Source of the DNA: Candidatus Saccharimonadota bacterium
GTDB taxonomy: Bacteria > Pseudomonadota > Alphaproteobacteria > Rickettsiales > Anaplasmataceae
Length of the DNA stretch: 32,000 nucleotides
NCBI RefSeq assembly: GCF_013365475.1
Contig: NZ_CP046579.1
Location: forward strand, 300,001 to 332,000
Direction: 5' to 3'
The notes beneath the pieces are model-generated. The model did not search any database. It saw nothing but the letters and a program-made list of their open reading frames with translations, and was not told the DNA's origin. This document shows positions 20,711 through 31,028 of the stretch, one piece after another; position 1 is the stretch's first letter; every line of letters begins with the position of its first letter. Position numbers and translations under genes: made by a program.

Positions 20711-21127
20711 ATGTTGTTTGTAAAAATTTTTGTATATAGTATAGTGCTTTTTGCTATAGCTTTGTTGTTTCTCTTTCTTAAAAAAGAATACAGAGATGAA
20801 ATTAGGAAAATTCTATTTCCTTGGATGGTTTCTAAGTGTGGGTTGATAGAAGAAAATAGGAAACATGATGAGATATATCAAAAGGATAAGCAAAAAAAAC
20901 TAATAAGGCACCAAGAGATGCTGCGTGGAAGGCAGAAAGAGATTCCAAGAATAGTTGGCATAGTAAAACCAGTAGGTAAATGGACGAGAATGGTTATAAT
21001 TGGTAGTGGTTTAATGCATCATTTTACACGTTTGATACATAGAAAAGATGAGCAGAAAGGGTTTTGGGGGTTATTTATAGAAGCTCAGACTTTAACTCGT
21101 GGTAAGTATAAAGGTAGAGGTAGATGA
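20711..21127 (+). CDS. Hypothetical membrane-anchored, strongly basic protein (138 aa)
   Basis: ATG-initiated ORF with one N-terminal hydrophobic helix (VKIFVYSIVLFAIALLFLFL), followed by a Lys/Arg/Glu-rich region ending GKYKGRGR. Its stop is 3 nt before the ccmA start, suggesting co-transcription. I recognise no family motif. Confidence 0.5.
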   Translation: MLFVKIFVYSIVLFAIALLFLFLKKEYRDEIRKILFPWMVSKCGLIEENRKHDEIYQKDKQKKLIRHQEMLRGRQKEIPRIVGIVKPVGKWTRMVIIGSGLMHHFTRLIHRKDEQKGFWGLFIEAQTLTRGKYKGRGR

Positions 21128-21130
21128 TCT

Positions 21131-21745
21131 ATGCTTGAATGTGAAAATTTATCCTGTACACGAAGTAGCAGAGTTTTATTTAAAAATCTTAGCTTCAAAG
21201 CTGAACCTAAGTTAAAAATCTTGATTACTGGTCCAAATGGTAGTGGAAAAACCAGCTTGATAAGAAGCTTATCTAGACTCTTACCACCAGTATCAGGAAG
21301 CATAAAGTACTGTGGAAAAGATATATATGACGATCCACATTATGTGTCTTCTATGGTCTACGTTGGACATAAAAATGCATGTAAGGACAACTTAACTGTT
21401 ATCCAGAATATAGAATTCTGGGCAGGAATAAGAGATACTAGAGAGTTAATTATGGCAGCTGTTTGTTGTTTGCAATTACAACCTGCACTTAATATTAGAT
21501 ACGGTGAACTTTCTGCAGGATGGAAAAGGAGAGTTGCTCTTGCTCGTCTTTTGATTTCTAATGCGAATATTTGGCTGGTAGATGAGCCTTTTTGTAATCT
21601 TGATAGTATAACTTGTGAATTAGTACTGGGTTTGATCTTAACACGTTCTGAACAAAATGGTATAGTAATTATCACTGGACATAATCCTATAAAGCAATTA
21701 TATGATTTTGCAACAATCAATATGTGTAATTTTATAGCTGATTGA
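21131..21745 (+). CDS. ccmA: Cytochrome c biogenesis (heme exporter) ATP-binding protein CcmA
   Basis: 204 aa. It has Walker A GPNGSGKTS, ABC signature LSAGWKRRVALARL, Walker B IWLVDEP and H-loop ITGH. The short single-domain ABC layout is typical of CcmA. Confidence 0.85.
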   Translation: MLECENLSCTRSSRVLFKNLSFKAEPKLKILITGPNGSGKTSLIRSLSRLLPPVSGSIKYCGKDIYDDPHYVSSMVYVGHKNACKDNLTVIQNIEFWAGIRDTRELIMAAVCCLQLQPALNIRYGELSAGWKRRVALARLLISNANIWLVDEPFCNLDSITCELVLGLILTRSEQNGIVIITGHNPIKQLYDFATINMCNFIAD

Positions 21746-22982
21746 TCTTGTTGAGAAAGAATAAAACGTTTGAAATACAATAGTAAAATGTCTGTACTTT
21801 TCAAAAATTGCTTGACATGTTTTTATACTCTGTCATATTACTAGGTATTTTATAGTTCATTATCTATTTTCGTTTGTAAGTTTTTAACTAAATATAAAAT
21901 AAGACTGATACGTCTTCTTTGGTGTATATTATATTTTTTGAGCTCTATGGGTTTTTCCATCCCCGATTATAAATTTTTCGTATATCAATATCAAATTAGG
22001 TACAGAAAAAATAGTTGGTACCTTGGTTTTTATCTTTAAGTAGCTATGCTTTCATCAGGTTTTTATGCATTTAGTTCATAGTAGTTACAGCATCCTATTC
22101 AGGATAATTAAAATTACCTATCAAAGTCACATTTAGTTTTGTCAAAGGGATTTTTGGAACAGAATGTGGCACATTTTTAACACAACCACAACTTTCAGTA
22201 AACAAGCTTCTGGGAAGTTTATCTCAAGTTAGGTTACTGTAACATACAACCAATTCAACTATTTTTCCCGTTTATCAAATTAAGGTGAGAGATAGGCTAG
22301 CACAAAAGCATAAAACCTTATATGCAACCTGTTTTTAGTAGTTGCAGTAGTGTGTCAATGCATGTAGCTTTGTGACATCATTGCTCTCTGCAGTATTGGA
22401 ATATATATTTCTTGCTTTTTGTTATTTTAACCGTAAGCATAACACTTTCAAATCAGCTGCTAAGAATACTAAACTATGATACAGGATAAATTGTATTTTT
22501 CTCTATTAAAATTAGAATTATTAATGACTTTAGTTGAATTATAAAAGTATATATTTTCATTTTAGATGCAACCTAAGTTCAGCTATTGAATACTTCTAAA
22601 ATGCATTTTTAATACTACTAATTAAATCATGGATCATATAGTTCTTAGTTATAGTTAACCTTGATTTTCTCTTGCGTATTGAACTATTAAGACTGAAATC
22701 ACTTTGTTGCATTGTTGCATGTAACTCTTCCAGACTTTTCTATATTATTGAATAATACTTCAAAGTAGTCATTTCAAACAAAAATAAAATTTTTTAAGTT
22801 TAATGCTTGTTAAGCACTCTACTAAAAAAGCGAACGAAGCTTCCATATAAAAACTTAAACTTTTTATCATTTGTAGTACAATATAGCTAGGAGTTACATT
22901 TATTGTTTTATGTCGGGAGCAGAGTTTTTTACACTTCAAGAAAGTAACATATACTTTAGGCTGAAAGTCACTTTTTTTTGAT

Positions 22983-24509
22983 ATGCAAGATTTTAAGATG
23001 TTAAAAACCCTAAAAGCAAAAACAATAGAAGCTGAAAAAGGAGGTGGTTTCGATAGAATTAGTAAACAGCATGCAAAAGGTAAATTAACTGCTAGAGAAA
23101 GACTAAGTATATTGCTTGATGAAAATTCGTTTGAGGAATATGATAAATTTGTAAAACATCATGCTACTGATTTTGGAATGCAAAATACTAATTTTCTGGG
23201 TGATGGTGTCGTAATTGGTTATGGCACTATTTATGGCAGAAAAGTTTTTGTTTATTCTCAGGATTTTACTATTTTTGGAGGATCGCTTGGTGCATCTCAC
23301 GCGAAAAAAATATGTAAAATTATGGATATGGCAATTAACACTAGAGTTCCTGTTATTGGGATAAATGACTCTGGTGGAGCTAGGATTCAAGAAGGGATTA
23401 ATTCTCTTGCTGGTTATGGGGAAATTTTTCAAAGAAATGTCAATGCATCAGGAGTTATACCACAAATTTCTCTAATCATGGGTCCATGTGCCGGTGGAGC
23501 AGTTTACTCTCCAGCATTAACTGACTTCATTTTTATGGTGAAAAATAGCTCTTACATGTTTATAACTGGTCCAGACGTAGTAAAAAAAGTTACATATGAA
23601 GATGTAAGCCATGAAGATCTTGGCGGAGCAAAAATCCATACAAGTAAAACAGGAGTAGCAGATTCTGCATTCAATGATGATGTTGAAATGTTACTAAAAA
23701 CGCGTGAATTTTTTACATTTTTGCCATCAAATAATCAAGAGCTCCCAAAATCTATGCCAACCTATGACGATATTGATGATATTGATGAGTCATTAAATAC
23801 TCTAATTCCTTACAATTCTAGTACTCCTTATGATATGTATGAACTAATTGAAAAGATATGTGATGAAAGGAAATTTTTTGAACTAAAACCTGATTTTGCT
23901 CGTAATGTTATAATTGGCTTTGGTAGAATCATGGGAAATACAGTTGGCATTGTTGCAAATCAACCTATACATCTTGCAGGATGCTTAGATATTGATTCTT
24001 CAAGGAAAGCTGCAAGATTTGTAAGGTTCTGTGATGCATTTAATATCCCTATAATCACACTCATTGATGTTCCAGGGTTTTTACCAGGTAAAAATCAGGA
24101 ATATAATAATATAATACAGCACGGAGCAAAACTACTTTATGCTTATGCTGAAGCAACTGTGCCAAAGATTAGCCTGGTTACTAGAAGAGCATACGGTGGT
24201 GCATACATTGTCATGAATTCCAAACATCTAAAGGGTGATATAAATTACGCTTGGCCAACTGCTGAAATAGCTGTAATGGGACCTGAAAGTGCAGCTAAAA
24301 TTGTATTTAGACATGAAAAGAATCAGCAGTCCTTAATTAAGGAATATAAAGAAAAATTTTCTAATCCATTTTTTGCTGCATTATATGGTTACATTGATGA
24401 TATAATAGTGCCTGGTAAAACACGGTATCACTTTTATAAAGCATTAGAGCTGCTGAAAAACAAAAGAGTACAGAAGATACAAAAAAAACATGATAACCTA
24501 CCTTTGTAG
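22983..24509 (+). CDS. pccB: Propionyl-CoA carboxylase beta chain (carboxyltransferase subunit)
   Basis: 508 aa. Signatures are [39 protein letters not shown] and AYGGAYIVM, with the two-domain crotonase-like carboxyltransferase layout. An alternative start is at M6. Confidence 0.92.
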   Translation: MQDFKMLKTLKAKTIEAEKGGGFDRISKQHAKGKLTARERLSILLDENSFEEYDKFVKHHATDFGMQNTNFLGDGVVIGYGTIYGRKVFVYSQDFTIFGGSLGASHAKKICKIMDMAINTRVPVIGINDSGGARIQEGINSLAGYGEIFQRNVNASGVIPQISLIMGPCAGGAVYSPALTDFIFMVKNSSYMFITGPDVVKKVTYEDVSHEDLGGAKIHTSKTGVADSAFNDDVEMLLKTREFFTFLPSNNQELPKSMPTYDDIDDIDESLNTLIPYNSSTPYDMYELIEKICDERKFFELKPDFARNVIIGFGRIMGNTVGIVANQPIHLAGCLDIDSSRKAARFVRFCDAFNIPIITLIDVPGFLPGKNQEYNNIIQHGAKLLYAYAEATVPKISLVTRRAYGGAYIVMNSKHLKGDINYAWPTAEIAVMGPESAAKIVFRHEKNQQSLIKEYKEKFSNPFFAALYGYIDDIIVPGKTRYHFYKALELLKNKRVQKIQKKHDNLPL

Positions 24510-24563
24510 CTTTCTCATAAGTCTTTTCTGATAAGGTATGCAGCACTACAGATATAGTAAGTG

Positions 24564-24636
24564 TGCCGCTACCAAGACTCGAACTTGGGGCTCCGTCATT
24601 ACCAATGACGTGCTCTACCATCTGAGCTATAACGGC
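24564..24636 (-). tRNA. tRNA-Thr (anticodon GGU)
   Basis: The reverse complement is a 73-nt cloverleaf: acceptor GCCGTTA/TAGCGGC (one G-U pair), D arm GCTC-AGATGGTA-GAGC, anticodon stem CGTCA/TGACG with loop TTGGTAA (GGT), T arm CCAAG-TTCGAGT-CTTGG, discriminator A. No CCA is encoded. Confidence 0.95.
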
Positions 24637-24649
24637 ATAGTTTATATAT

Positions 24650-24775
24650 ATGGATAACATAAAGAAGAATAAGGATAAAGAAGAAAGGAAAAGAAGATTA
24701 GCGAGAGCTTTAAAGCAGAATATTATGAGAAGAAAAAAGCAAAGACAGGTTAGACAAAGTAGATCCCTTTCATAA
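24650..24775 (+). CDS. Small (41 aa) highly basic protein, not in the supplied ORF track
   Basis: ATG 24650 to TAA 24773-24775 encodes MDNIKKNKDKEERKRRLARALKQNIMRRKKQRQVRQSRSLS. The motif RLARALKQNIMRRKKQ resembles, from memory, a short Arg/Lys-rich peptide family seen in alphaproteobacteria (RL..AL+.NL.RRK.Q). It is divergent from tRNA-Thr, and there is no obvious Shine-Dalgarno sequence. Confidence 0.4.
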   Translation: MDNIKKNKDKEERKRRLARALKQNIMRRKKQRQVRQSRSLS

Positions 24776-25442
24776 TTTATTTATGGTAAAAAACTCTGTA
24801 GAATTCCTAGGTATGTTTGGTAAGTTTTAACGATGAAGTTACTAATATAAACTCAAGTTTTGATGGAGATGTTATTCTAGCCTTGTAAAGGTAGAAATAG
24901 TCTATAACTTTTTGCTTAGTGAGACAAAAAGCAAGCAGATAAACCTGGTTAATAATTGAAGCAGCGTGTATAAAGTCAAAAAAGATGTTGATAATATGCT
25001 GGACAGATGCATAAGAAGTATTAAGGTTAGAGGTAAGTATATAATTTGGTATGTTGGAAGTCTCATATATACTGAAGATAGTCAAATGAAGAGCAAACAT
25101 GATCATGTGGCATTTTTATTTTTCGGAAATACTTCAGTCATTTTTAATAATCTAAGAAGATTCGGGTAGTTATTATATCACAACTTAGGCTAGCAGGGTT
25201 AAGTATAAAAAGTATGTGAAAGATTTGCAATAAGTAAAAAGACACAGTAAACAATACAATTACTGCTAAAAATTTAATGTAAGGAATATGTAGCACATTG
25301 ATCTATATGTTGTTTAGAGTTTCATATATATGATGAGTTTCAAAAATCTTACGAAGAGTATTAACAATATAACACTTATAAGCTAAGATAGCTATAGTTC
25401 TTATTTTTGTAAGTATTCCAGGGCTAAGTTTCATTTTTAGAT

Positions 25443-26036
25443 ATGACATTCCTACCTGAGAAAGATCCAATTAACTTGTTTACGAAGTGGTATCAAGCAG
25501 TACTTAATTCTTCATGTAAAGAGCCAACTGCAATGACTCTCGCAACTTGCAGTAAAGACTGTGTTCCATCTGCAAGAGTGGTATTGCTAAAGGAGTATGG
25601 CAAAAAAGGCTTTGTATTCTTTACTAATGTAAATAGCAGAAAGGGAGAAGAATTGACAGAGAATCCTAAGGCTGCATTAGCATTTTACTGGATGGAATTT
25701 TCTAGACAGGTCAGGATTGAAGGAGATGCTAAGCTTTTAGATAGCAAGCAATCTGATAAATATTTTTCTTCCAGAGCGCGTGATAGTCAGATTAGTGCAT
25801 GGTGCTCAAAACAATCGAGTGTTTTGAAAAATTGGCAAGACTTTAAACAAGCTATTGAAGTGAAGGAGAAAGAATTTAATAATGTACAAGTTCCTTGTCC
25901 TATTTTTTGGGTAGGGTTCTATGTGACTCCAAAAATAATTGAATTTTGGCAAGAAGGTAAGTATAGGAGGCATACTAGGTTTAGGTATACTCTTATCACA
26001 GGCAACAATTGGAAAATAGAACAACTATATCCTTAA
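25443..26036 (+). CDS. pdxH: Pyridoxamine 5'-phosphate oxidase
   Basis: 197 aa. Signatures are PSARVVLLKEYGKKGFVFFTNVNSRKGEEL, NPKAALAFYW, RQVRIEG and IEFWQEGKYRRHTRFRY, with a C-terminal LYP. Confidence 0.9.
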   Translation: MTFLPEKDPINLFTKWYQAVLNSSCKEPTAMTLATCSKDCVPSARVVLLKEYGKKGFVFFTNVNSRKGEELTENPKAALAFYWMEFSRQVRIEGDAKLLDSKQSDKYFSSRARDSQISAWCSKQSSVLKNWQDFKQAIEVKEKEFNNVQVPCPIFWVGFYVTPKIIEFWQEGKYRRHTRFRYTLITGNNWKIEQLYP

Positions 26037-26426
26037 ACATGGACACATTGTATGAGCGCTGTGATTTAATAATGACTCTCACTAGAAAATGTGAAAGATT
26101 AACTATAACGCGCTATTTTTGAAAATCTGTACAGCTTAATAATATAGAGTAATAGAAACATCTTATCTAAAATTGCCTTACCCCTTTTTTTGAGAAGAAG
26201 GGTAAAATTGTGAGTATAACATAATTATTTACTTTTTTAGTTATGATTTATTGATATATCTTGTTGAAAAAGATCGTAGTTAGTGCTGACTGTATTACTA
26301 TATCTTAAAATCACTATGCTATTTCAAATATTATATAAAAATAACAACTGCAGATTTTAATTCTCTATTGCAGAAAAGTTAGATTAATTGAGTAGACACA
26401 ATGATCTTTATAACATAAATATAAGG

Positions 26427-26500
<74 letters not shown>

Positions 26501-28835
26501 TCATTATTTAGTTATTATATGTATAATAACAGAAAGTAAAAGGATAAAATTTTCTATGATGTATGTTTTATACGCTGATTAACTTTTCCTGGCATGGATC
26601 ATAGCTGTATTTTCAATAAGATACTGATAAAATACAGTTTGATACTAGAATTTTTCTGTGTCATTTCAGGAACCTTAACTTATTTATCCTTATGTTCCTA
26701 CCGGATTAGCATTTTATTATATCTCTTCTCGTTCTATTCCTACTACTCTAGCTTGGCACAATATTGTACTAGATACAAGATATTGTATGTCACTTTAATT
26801 GTATTACTCGTAGGGTATTGTGATAAAGTTAATTGATGATTCAATTAAGAAGATTCACTATCTAGTTTGTAACAGTAGAGCTGTTAAATACGATAACCTA
26901 ATAATCTATGACGTGTATTTAATTTAAATAATGGTAAATACATAAATAGAGGTTAATGAAGTGTACTCAAGTCTACTTTAATACAAGTCTTGAAAGCTTG
27001 GTTTGATAGTGTAAAATAAATGTATAATTAGTAAGTAATAGGTGAGGAAGTCTAACTGAGATACTTTAAAGTACATTTTCAAATTAAGCAGATCCCAATA
27101 TAACTAAGTGGTAGTATTATTAGTTATCTTCCTAAGACTTAAGTATATACAGAGAAATACTCATAACACTTTTCGGTAGTTATGGTACGCTTAGCTTTAA
27201 CTTCCAGCTTATATTACTATAGTAATAATAAACTTTAATAGCTTAAGTTATATTGTAGATGTTTTTAATTCAAAATTACGAAAATTTGTCGCTTTTTAAA
27301 CAATTCTATTAGCCTATCTTGCTATAATAGGTCATATTAACAAGATAAAACCAGAAGTTCAGATTGTTCCAGTAAAATAGGTTTAAGATTATAAATAAGA
27401 AAAAAGTGATGGAATGAGTAAGATTGCTCCTAGGTCTGTACTGAGAAATTCTGTTTTGCATATGTTTGAAATTTTAAAAGCAAACCTGCTAGTATTAGCT
27501 CTAAAAGCGGTGATAGCATTACTAATCTTCTAGAAGAGTAAAGGAGTATGATTGAAAATGAGGATCCTTAAATAAGATGAAAAGTAAAGTACTTGCAAAA
27601 GATGCTTTGTTTTAAAAAGCTATCTGAAAAAATAAGGAGAAGAAAAAATCGATGGTTAAATAAAGTAAGGTTTTTCATTCTTGGTTAGAAGACTATTAAG
27701 CTGAAAAGAGAAGGCAACAAAAAATTTAAGAAATATGAAAGACATTGATACTAGATTAGTAACTTATTGAAGAGATACCTAGGTAACCTGTTGTGCTAGA
27801 AAATAAGGTAATTTCTCTAATACAAGAATTGATTTAATAGGTCCTAGTATCTACTAGGCTTGCTGTGGTTCATGCAAGTTAATCATCATCAATATGAACT
27901 AAATGTTTCAATGATAAGAAAGAGCAAAATTATATATGATATAATCGAAAAATGCTATGTTACGCAATAAAGTTCAGAGACTAATGCCGGGAAGAGCTAA
28001 ACTCAATGTACCTTTAGTTAACGAACATTACATAGTAAAGCTAGGAGAGATATAGAGTACATCTAGTTCAATTAGCACGTTTATCTTAGTTAAAGTTAAC
28101 TTAGCGTAAAGCTGAATATTGTTCTATGAGATATATCATATTATTATTCTCAGTATTCAGTAAGTACAGTGGATTAATTTTTTGTCAGTATAATAATCAA
28201 GTAAATCATTCTTTTGAATATAATCATTGCATACCTTCGTAATGGTTCTTTACTTATATAAAACAGCTAGCTGGTACACCTAAAATTTGATAGGTACTAA
28301 TGAAGCTAATAATAGCTGCAAAATAATGAGAAAGTTTATAGTTTTTTTCTAAGGTTGCTTTAATAGTAGATTAAAGTTGTGAAATTTTGCAGTGATTTTA
28401 TTGGTATTGTCTTCTGATCTATAACTAGAGTAACTAATATTACTTCCATACATGGTAATAATAAAGAAACGGTATTGGTTTAAGAACAACTTGAGAATGA
28501 TATTACTCTACCAAGAGCAGAGAATTAGGATAAGAAAAACTAGTCAAGTTCATTCTATAGAATAGATAAAATAATATACCAAATCTGAGCACATATGTTC
28601 AAGTAAAACACTACATTGTTAGTAATTAAATTTAATGAGGAAAAAATAAAGTAAGAGTGCAAGTATACTAAAAATTCTGATTTTATTCATGCCTTTAGTA
28701 GATAAGCATGTATATAAGCTAGTATTATATAATATAATCTAAAAAGCAAAGAATATGCAGAATTTAATCCTGCACTATCAAAATATATAAGACTCTAATC
28801 TGCAAGCTTGAAAGAGAGTAGGTTATGCAATTTGA

Positions 28836-28864
28836 TTAGAATGGCATAAAATGCCATGTAAGAT
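28836..28864 (+). promoter_or_regulatory. Candidate sigma-70-like promoter for virB9, with a 17-bp palindrome filling the spacer
   Basis: TTAGAA (28836-28841), a 17-nt spacer tggcataaaatgccatg, then TAAGAT (28859-28864), 34 nt upstream of the virB9 ATG. The perfect palindrome atggcat-aaa-atgccat spans 28841-28857. Both hexamers match consensus at only 4/6 positions in an AT-rich background. Confidence 0.25.
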
Positions 28865-28897
28865 AATATACCTTGACAGTGCAGTTAAGTTTACTTA

Positions 28898-29704
28898 ATG
28901 AATAAAATAATGGTTGCATGCATAGATATTATGGTTAGTTTATTTTTAACAGTGCTACTACTTTTTTGTAGTGGTGACCTACTTGCAAAGCAGGAACCAC
29001 GTTCGATAGCTGCAAACAATCACATAAAAGTAATAAATTATAACCCACAGGCTATACATAAATATACAGGTTTCTATGGTTATCAGTCCAGTATATTGTT
29101 TGAGCAAGGTGAAGTAATATATAATCTTTCAATGGGAGATCCAACTGGTTGGCAGATTGTTCCTCAGGATAACAGGTTATTCATTAAGCCTATAGATGAT
29201 ATAGCTGATACTAATGCGACCATTATTACTAATAAAAGAGTTTATTACTTTGAATTTCATGCCGAGGAAGCAACTGGGTTGGATGATCCAAGATTAGCGT
29301 ATGAAGTGAGGTTTCTTTATCCGCTATTTAATAATGATGAAGTCTATGCGACCAATAATGGTGATATCCTTGAGCAAGCTAGTTCTGTTGCTATTCCTGA
29401 TATGAATGATATTGAAGTTGTAAAAAAAGGCTTAAATTTTGATTATTTTATCTCACATATTAAGGGTAGTGAGTCAATAGTACCAAATAAAGTCTTTGAT
29501 GATGGGAAATTCACATATCTCCAGTTTAATAAGATAAGTTCTAATTTCCCAGCTATCTTTATAGTTGATTCTGCAGGGTATGAATCTTTGGTGAACTTTC
29601 GTACAGTTAATGATTATCTTATAATTGAAAGAGTAGGCTCTGTATTTACTTTAAGAAACGGGTCAAGCACAGTTTGCATATTTAATGAAGGCATACCTTT
29701 TTAA
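28898..29704 (+). CDS. virB9: Type IV secretion system protein VirB9 (stand-alone paralog)
   Basis: 268 aa. It has an N-terminal signal peptide (VSLFLTVLLLFCSGDLLA/KQ), an N-domain (VINYNPQAIHKYTGFYGYQSSILF...GDPTGWQIVPQDNRLFIKP...TNATIITNKRVYYFEF) and a C-domain (DYFISHIKGS...VFDDGKFTYLQF...PAIFIVDSAGYESLVNFRTVNDYLIIERVGSVFTLRNGSSTVCIFN). No other vir gene is in the window. Confidence 0.88.
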   Translation: MNKIMVACIDIMVSLFLTVLLLFCSGDLLAKQEPRSIAANNHIKVINYNPQAIHKYTGFYGYQSSILFEQGEVIYNLSMGDPTGWQIVPQDNRLFIKPIDDIADTNATIITNKRVYYFEFHAEEATGLDDPRLAYEVRFLYPLFNNDEVYATNNGDILEQASSVAIPDMNDIEVVKKGLNFDYFISHIKGSESIVPNKVFDDGKFTYLQFNKISSNFPAIFIVDSAGYESLVNFRTVNDYLIIERVGSVFTLRNGSSTVCIFNEGIPF

Positions 29705-29744
29705 GAATTAGAGTAGTTACATAAACTGCAATTCAAAGGCTATA

Positions 29745-29770
29745 GCACTGATAAAAATCAGTGCAGTTTT
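29745..29770 (+). terminator. Probable intrinsic terminator after virB9
   Basis: 7-bp stem gcactga (29745-29751) / tcagtgc (29758-29764) with loop taaaaa, then ag and tttt (29767-29770). An alternative outer pairing aaactgca/tgcagttt overlaps it. Confidence 0.55.
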
Positions 29771-29855
29771 CTACCTGTTAGTAAAGTAATACAAAACAAC
29801 AAAGCTATAAAGTTGATGTAAAAGATCTGCCTATCTTTAGTGACTACAACTAAAA

Positions 29856-31028
29856 CTACCTATCGATTTCACCAAAAACTATATCTAGTGAACCAATGAT
29901 TGCTGCAACATCAGAAAGCATATGCCCCTTTGCCATAAAGCTTAAGGCTTGTAAATGTGCAAAGCCAGGTGCTCTTATTCGGCACCTATATGGTTTATTG
30001 GTACCATTTGAAACTATATATACTCCAAATTCACCTTTTGGTGCTTCAACAGCTGCATAAGCCTCACCTTCTGGTACATGGTAACCCTCTGAATAAAGCT
30101 TAAAATGGTGGATGAGAGCTTCCATAGACTTTTTCATCTCTGCTCTTGGTGGTGGAGAAATTTTTCTATCTTCAGTTTTTACTGGACCATTAGGCATTCT
30201 TTCTATACACTGCTTTACCAAGCCAATAGACTGCCTAATCTCTTCCATCCTTACTAGATAACGGTCATAACAGTCACCGTTTTGCCCAACAGGTATGTCA
30301 AAATCTAATTGATCATATATCTCATATGGCTGGCTTTTTCTCAAATCCCAAGCAAGTCCAGAGGCACGTAACATTGGACCGCTAAAGCCCCAGTCAAGAA
30401 CCTGTTTGGTTGACATTTCACTGATTCCTACAGTACGTTGTTTCCATATTCTATTTTCTGTTAAGAGCTCATCAACATCATCTATATACTTTGGAAATTG
30501 CTCTATGAACTTTGCAATATCCTCAATCAGGCCATCTGGAACGTCTGCTGCAACTCCACCTGGTCTGATATAAGCTGCATGAAATCTTGCACCTGAAGCT
30601 CTTTCATAAAATTCAAGTATCTTTTCTCTTTCCTCAAAAAGCCATAAAAGAGGAGTTATTGCACCAACGTCAAGTGCTTGAGAGGAAATATTGAGTAGAT
30701 GGTTAAGTATTCTTGTCAATTCGCAAAACAGAACACGTAAATATTTTGCTCTGATTGGAATTTTACATTGTAGTAATTTCTCTACGCATAGAGAATATGC
30801 ATGTTCTTGTGACATTGGTGATACGTAATCAAGACGATCGAAATAAGGCAAGGCTTGAAGGTATGTTTTGTGTTCTATTAATTTTTCAGTACCACGGTGT
30901 AAAAGACCAATATGTGGATCAGCTCTTTCGATCACTTCACCATCCATTTCTAAAACAAGACGTAGAACTCCGTGTGCAGCTGGGTGTTGAGGTCCAAAAT
31001 TTAACATCATTGTCTTTAAATCAGGCAT
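29856..31028 (-). CDS. nuoD: NADH-quinone oxidoreductase subunit D (49-kDa subunit)
   Basis: 390 aa. The N-terminus is [23 protein letters not shown]. Other signatures are [14 protein letters not shown] and [10 protein letters not shown], with a C-terminal DIVFGEIDR. Confidence 0.97.
   Translation of the reverse strand: MPDLKTMMLNFGPQHPAAHGVLRLVLEMDGEVIERADPHIGLLHRGTEKLIEHKTYLQALPYFDRLDYVSPMSQEHAYSLCVEKLLQCKIPIRAKYLRVLFCELTRILNHLLNISSQALDVGAITPLLWLFEEREKILEFYERASGARFHAAYIRPGGVAADVPDGLIEDIAKFIEQFPKYIDDVDELLTENRIWKQRTVGISEMSTKQVLDWGFSGPMLRASGLAWDLRKSQPYEIYDQLDFDIPVGQNGDCYDRYLVRMEEIRQSIGLVKQCIERMPNGPVKTEDRKISPPPRAEMKKSMEALIHHFKLYSEGYHVPEGEAYAAVEAPKGEFGVYIVSNGTNKPYRCRIRAPGFAHLQALSFMAKGHMLSDVAAIIGSLDIVFGEIDR

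Noticed and set aside
21812-21841. TTGACA-18 nt-TATTAC promoter-like pair downstream of ccmA
   Set aside because: Exact TTGACA hexamers are expected many times by chance in 32 kb of AT-rich DNA. The -10 matches at only 4/6 positions, and no gene or recognisable RNA lies downstream for more than 1.1 kb.
23769-23786. Tandem 9-bp duplication gatattgat x2
   Set aside because: It lies in frame inside pccB (DDIDDIDE, an acidic linker between the carboxyltransferase domains). It is a trivial coding microduplication, not a repeat element.
26180-26215. ttaccc ... gggtaa stem with an internal T7 run downstream of pdxH, considered as a terminator
   Set aside because: The T-run lies inside the 16-nt loop rather than after the stem. 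The stem is only 6 bp, so the geometry does not fit an intrinsic terminator on either strand.
27044-27052. gaggaagtc resembles the GAGGAAAGTCC core of RNase P RNA
   Set aside because: It is a single degenerate 9-mer. The flanking sequence lacks the other conserved RNase P blocks and the GC-rich helices, so there is no supporting secondary structure.
28842-28856. TGGCAT-N4-TGCCA looked superficially like a sigma-54 -24/-12 element
   Set aside because: The GG-to-GC spacing is 10 nt rather than the required 12. The -12 half is TGCCA, not TTGCA. Rickettsiales of this type are not known to encode RpoN. It is better treated as a simple palindrome.
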